This document shows positions 59,140-64,000 of a stretch of 64,000 nt of DNA, piece after piece. The notes beneath the pieces were generated by a model. That model was not told the origin of the DNA. It worked only from the letters and a program-made list of their open reading frames with translations, and did no database searches. The translations under genes and the position numbers were made by a program. The stretch is from the human T2T-CHM13v2.0 reference genome, Homo sapiens, in the NCBI RefSeq assembly GCF_009914755.1, contig NC_060927.1, one strand, 5' to 3'. How positions within the stretch are numbered: position 1 is the first letter of the stretch; every line of letters begins with the position of its first letter.

Positions 59140-59280
59140 ATAAAAATACAGATTCCTGGGCCATACCTTCAAGATTCTGATTCAGGAAATCTGGAATGGG
59201 CCTAGGATTTGCCTTTTCACCCAACATGTTAGGTAACTCTGATGCAGAAGATTTAAGAACCATGGCTTGAGAATCATTAG
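59140..59280. mobile_element. MER5-like hAT element
   Basis: aaaatacagattcctggg...agattctgattcagg...ctgatgc...ttgagaa. Confidence 0.65.
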
Positions 59281-60082
59281 TGTAAGCAGTAGTCCCTGTT
59301 CCTAATATACTGTTACTAATATACTAACAATATGCAGCAGACAAAACATCAAACATTTTGGTATAAACATACTGTAGGTAGAGAACATAACTACAAAGGG
59401 AAAAGCAACTGGTTTTTACCACTGACTTGACTCTCTTTTTCTCCCTACTCCTTTAAAACCCTTCTGTTTCTCTTTTTCCTTTCTTTCACAGACTCCTCAA
59501 AGTTATAGCTGTTTGAGAAGACTTAAAATACCTAGCAGAAAGACTCCACCACTTCAATTCTTTTGAATTATTACTTTTATTAAGTTTGGGTACCAAAACT
59601 GATACTAAAATATAACTTCAAATTATTAATTAAAACAACAGATAAAATATTTAATTTTCAAAAAAAGGCAATTCATATACTCATTTTTCAACCTGCTTGA
59701 TGCTATTCAAGGAAGATTTGTATATTACTGCTCCACAAATTTAACATCGTAAGTTTAATGTGTGGGAGGAGCACATTTCAGTGTGTAAGCCAGAATGATT
59801 ACTTGTAGGAAAAGAGGAAGAAGATTCCTGAAAACTCCATGCTCCTAATGTGAGCATGGTACCAGGCCAAAGAACGCATAACACTTCCAAGAAAAACAAT
59901 TAGCAGCAGGCAAAGCCAGAAAAGCATTAGCAATGGAAAAATCACAAACACGAAGACACAGACAGTAGATTGAGAAATTTTCAGGGCAGTGTATGCCTAC
60001 ATAATAATATATTTAGATACATTGAGTACTCCAAAGCAAAATAATTAGTTCACTGGGCTTAAGAGGAGATGGTAGGCACTAC

Positions 60083-60866
60083 TGAGAGACAGGACTAGCT
60101 GGATTTCCTAGGCTGACTAAGAATTCCTAAGCCTAGCTGGGGAAGGTGACCGCATCCACCTTTAAACATGGAGCTTGTAACTCAGCTCACACCCGACTAA
60201 TCAGGGAGTAAAGAGAGCTCACTAAAATATAAATTAGGCTAAAAGCAGGAGGTAAAGAAATAGTCAATCATCTATCACCTGAGAGCACAGAGGGAGGGAC
60301 AATTATCCGGATATAAACCCAGGCATTCGAGCTGGCAGTGGCAACCCACTTCGGGTCCCCTCCCATTGTATAGGAGCTCTGTTTTCACTCTATTAAATCT
60401 TGCAACTGCGCACTCTTCTGGTCCGTGTTTGTTCCACTTCCAGGTGAGCTTTTGCTCGCCGTCAACCACTGCCGATCGCTGCCGTAGCAGACCTGCCACT
60501 GACTTCCACCCTTCCAGATCCGGCAGGGTGTCTGCTGCACTTCTGATCCAGTGAGTTGCCCATTGCCGCTCTGGATCAGGCTAGAGGCTCGCCATTGTTC
60601 CTGCATGGCTAAGTGCCTGGGTTCATCCTAATTGAGCTGAACACTAGTCGCTGGGTTCCACGGTTCTCTTTCATGACCCACGGCTTCTAATAGAGCTGTA
60701 ACACTCACCGCATGGCCCAAGATTACATTCCTTGGAATCCGTGAGGCCAAGAACCCCAGGTCAAAGAATAAAAGTCTTGCTGCCATCTCGGGAGCGGCCT
60801 GCCACCATCTCGGGAGTGGCCTGCCACCATCTTGGGAGCTCTAAGAACGAAGACCGACCAGTAGCA
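60083..60866 (+). mobile_element. HERV-W solo LTR (LTR17)
   Basis: tgagagacaggactagctggatttcctaggc start; TATAAA 60312, ATTAAA 60392; ccaccatcttgggagctct end; imperfect TSD ctac/gtac. Confidence 0.92.
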
Positions 60867-60917
60867 GTACTAGGAAGAGAGACAATGTTAGTTTTTAAGA
60901 ACAATAAAGATAGTCTG

Positions 60918-61309
60918 TGTATTAGTTTGCTAGGGCTGCTGTAGCAAGGTGTAACGCACTGGTGGCTTAACCAACCGAAGTGAATTTTCTCATGGTCCTA
61001 GGGACTAGAAGTCTCAGATAAAGGTGATGGCAGGTTTTTTTTTCCCCCTGCCTCTGAGGCCTTTCCTCGTGGCTTGCAGATGGCTGTCTTCTGTGTCTTC
61101 ACAGTGTCTTTCCTCTGTACTTGTCTGTGTTCAAATTTCCTCGTTTTATAAGGATACAAGTCATATTGGACTGTGGTTCACTCGAATGGTCTTATTTTAA
61201 TTTAATTACTCCTTGAAAAACCCTATTCCCAAATATGGTTACATTCTGAGGTACTAGTGTTAGGACTTCAACATATACATTTTGGGGGGACATAATTCAG
61301 TCCACAACA
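60918..61309 (-). mobile_element. MLT1 (MaLR) solo LTR
   Basis: tgtattagtttgctagggctgc...gacataattcagtccacaaca; TSD gtctg. Confidence 0.9.
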
Positions 61310-61939
61310 GTCTGTCACAAAGGTGTGTCTTCTAGTATCACCAAAATACGCACTAGCTAGGTAAAGATAGCCTTGAAACTCGAGTCTTTCGTGAATTGTG
61401 AATTCTTTCACTTCAGTTTTAGAATATCAAAATTCCTGTCAGAGTTATTCCAGTTGCAGCTTTCTCCCACTCCATCCTGCTCCTGTCACTTTGTCCGACA
61501 GAAATCTTGGCATAATAGAAGTTTGGCTCCCACAGACAGGCAACAGGGCAGGAACAGCACATAAGACTTAATTTACTGTAGCCAAGCATTTAGACAGCCC
61601 AGCAATGCCGGAAGATTGATTTATTGCCAACAAACTCACAGAAGTGCCATAGTGATGACTTGTTTTATAGGGCATGATAAAAGTTCATGGTTATGTACAC
61701 TGTGCTATCCACTGTCAGTTGGGGGGTAGAAGGAAGGATAATAGATACCATTTGGTCCTCTGCAAAGAAGTCTGGAGATTCACCAAGCCCTTCTAATGTG
61801 CTAAGTAATGTGTTAAGCCTCTTAAACACACAAATACCTCGTTTAATCCAAGCAATAGACTTCTAAAGTTGATAGGTTGTTATTACCATTTTACAGATTT
61901 GTAAAGTCAAGGTTTAGTAACTTGCCCAGAGGCATCTAG

Positions 61940-62400
61940 ATTTTAAAAACAGCTTTATTAAAGTGACAGACAATAAGGTGCACATATTCAAAATGTGCAA
62001 TCTGATACATTTTGACATGTGTATACATCTGTAAACCACCAACACAATCAAGGTATTGAACTTATCCATCACCCTCCAAAGTTCCGGCATGTGTCTAACC
62101 CCTCCTTCCTGCAATCCCCTCTCTCAACACACATATCCCCAGGCAGTCACTGATCTGTGCTCTATCACTGTACATTGACATGCATGCCCTGGAATTTTAT
62201 TTTGATTCAACTTTATTTCCCTTGTTGTCTTACTGCCTATAGCAGGGCAAAAGTAGGGCTTACCTTGTTCAACTTCTGTCTTTTGTAGCCTGATGTCAGT
62301 GTCTTGAAGAACATTTACTTCACATGTTTTGTCTGGTTTTAATGATTGTTTCAGGTAGGAGACTCAATCTAGTCCCTGTTACTCTATCTTGACTGAGAGC
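61940..62400 (-). mobile_element. Old L1 fragments inserted next to or into a MIR
   Basis: aacagctttatt...cacatattcaaaatgtgcaat...tttgaca...cccaggcagtcactgatctg. Confidence 0.7.
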
Positions 62401-62779
62401 TTCTGACTACCTGTTATATAGATTTTAAGTGACAAAGTGGAGCTGGAAGCCAAGTCTCTCCTGTCTACTACCATATACTGACAGTCACGATCAGAACAAA
62501 GGGGCCTGGACCCCCATTTCAATGTCCCTCAGCCTGACACCACCTTTCTGTGATTTTTATTTCCCAAAATACTGTCCCTTGGAGTTTATTACTGCCCCCT
62601 ATATAAATTCATATGTCAGCATACAGTATTCTTTTTCTCTATCCTCTATTTAAGACCAGTCTTGGTTATACGTTGGGTGTGATTAGTAATTAAGTGAGAA
62701 ATTGCTAGAAAATAATGTCATTTTGTGACTCTCTTAAGGGTCCAATTAGACTGGGAAAAATAGTGAAACTGCAAAAAAT

Positions 62780-62904
62780 CAAATAAAATAAATAAAAATA
62801 ATTAAAAAGTTAGCTGGGTGTGGTGGCACACACATATAGTCCCAGCTACTTGAGAGGCTGAGGCAAGAGGATCACTTGATCCCAGGAGTTAGAGGCTGCA
62901 GTGA
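62780..62904 (+). mobile_element. Truncated AluJ right arm
   Basis: tagctgggtgtggtggc...gaggatcacttga..ccaggag..gaggctgcagtga. Confidence 0.85.
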
Positions 62905-63474
62905 ATGTAACTAAAAATTTTATTAATTATTCAAAAAATGTTCTAAAGAAGAAAACTATGTTAGAAATTGGTTAAACATTATTTAATCAAACACACACAC
63001 TGACTGCAAAAATATCTGTAAAAAATGAAATTTATTATGTAAACATTAGAAATATGTCTTAAATTCAGGTATAATTTTTATCTGATGGACTTGAGAATTT
63101 ACATTTTATGGTTCATTACAATGGTTGCCATTCACAGATGCAAAAACACAACTTACCCCCGCTAAGAGGAAAACTCACATATTAAGAATCTTCTCATTGT
63201 TTGATTTCCAAATACCCATGTACATGAGTATTTTTTTAAATGGCAAGCTTCTCTATTTCTACAGAAACTCAAACAACAGGTACCTCTGAGCCCAGGCTAC
63301 CATCTGTAGTCACACATGGATTTTTACATGTTCATAGAGCTGAAAAGCATTTAACGAAACCTCTTTTATTAAGGCAGTGAGGAGGCCACAGATAAGTTGT
63401 GTTTTATGGCCTTCATTGTTACTGATTCCTTTGCAAAAGTTGTTAATGACTTATTTTTGAACATACATATCTTT

Positions 63475-64000
<526 letters not shown>

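Noticed and set aside
60778-60840. Short tandem repeats (gccaccatct.gggag)
   Set aside because: Lies within the LTR17 U5 end and is probably a family feature

Overview
AT-rich primate (very likely human) non-coding DNA. I see no credible protein-coding exon, RNA gene or CpG island, and I cannot name the locus. About half is transposable-element debris: roughly 20 Alus (J/S/Y), long decayed L1s (nearly all on the minus strand), L2/MIR, solo LTRs (MER61-like, THE1/MST, MLT1, MLT2, MER4D-like, HERV-W LTR17) and DNA transposons (MER44/Tigger, MER5, MER20). The supplied ORFs are either derived from these repeats or unrecognisable chance ORFs. I found no new multi-gene system. The strongest anomaly is a perfect 95-bp copy of sequence at 6306-6400 inserted 2638 bp away inside an old L1 (3668-3762), with microhomology at both junctions, which looks like a recent templated insertion. 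Lesser findings: a tail-less Alu with a target-site duplication (TSD), re-use of one target site by two Alus, a (GGAA)12 microsatellite grown from an Alu tail, two YAG-AAG-GTAAG splice junction motifs and several micro-duplications. Repeat subfamily names are from recalled consensus sequences and need RepeatMasker/Dfam confirmation.
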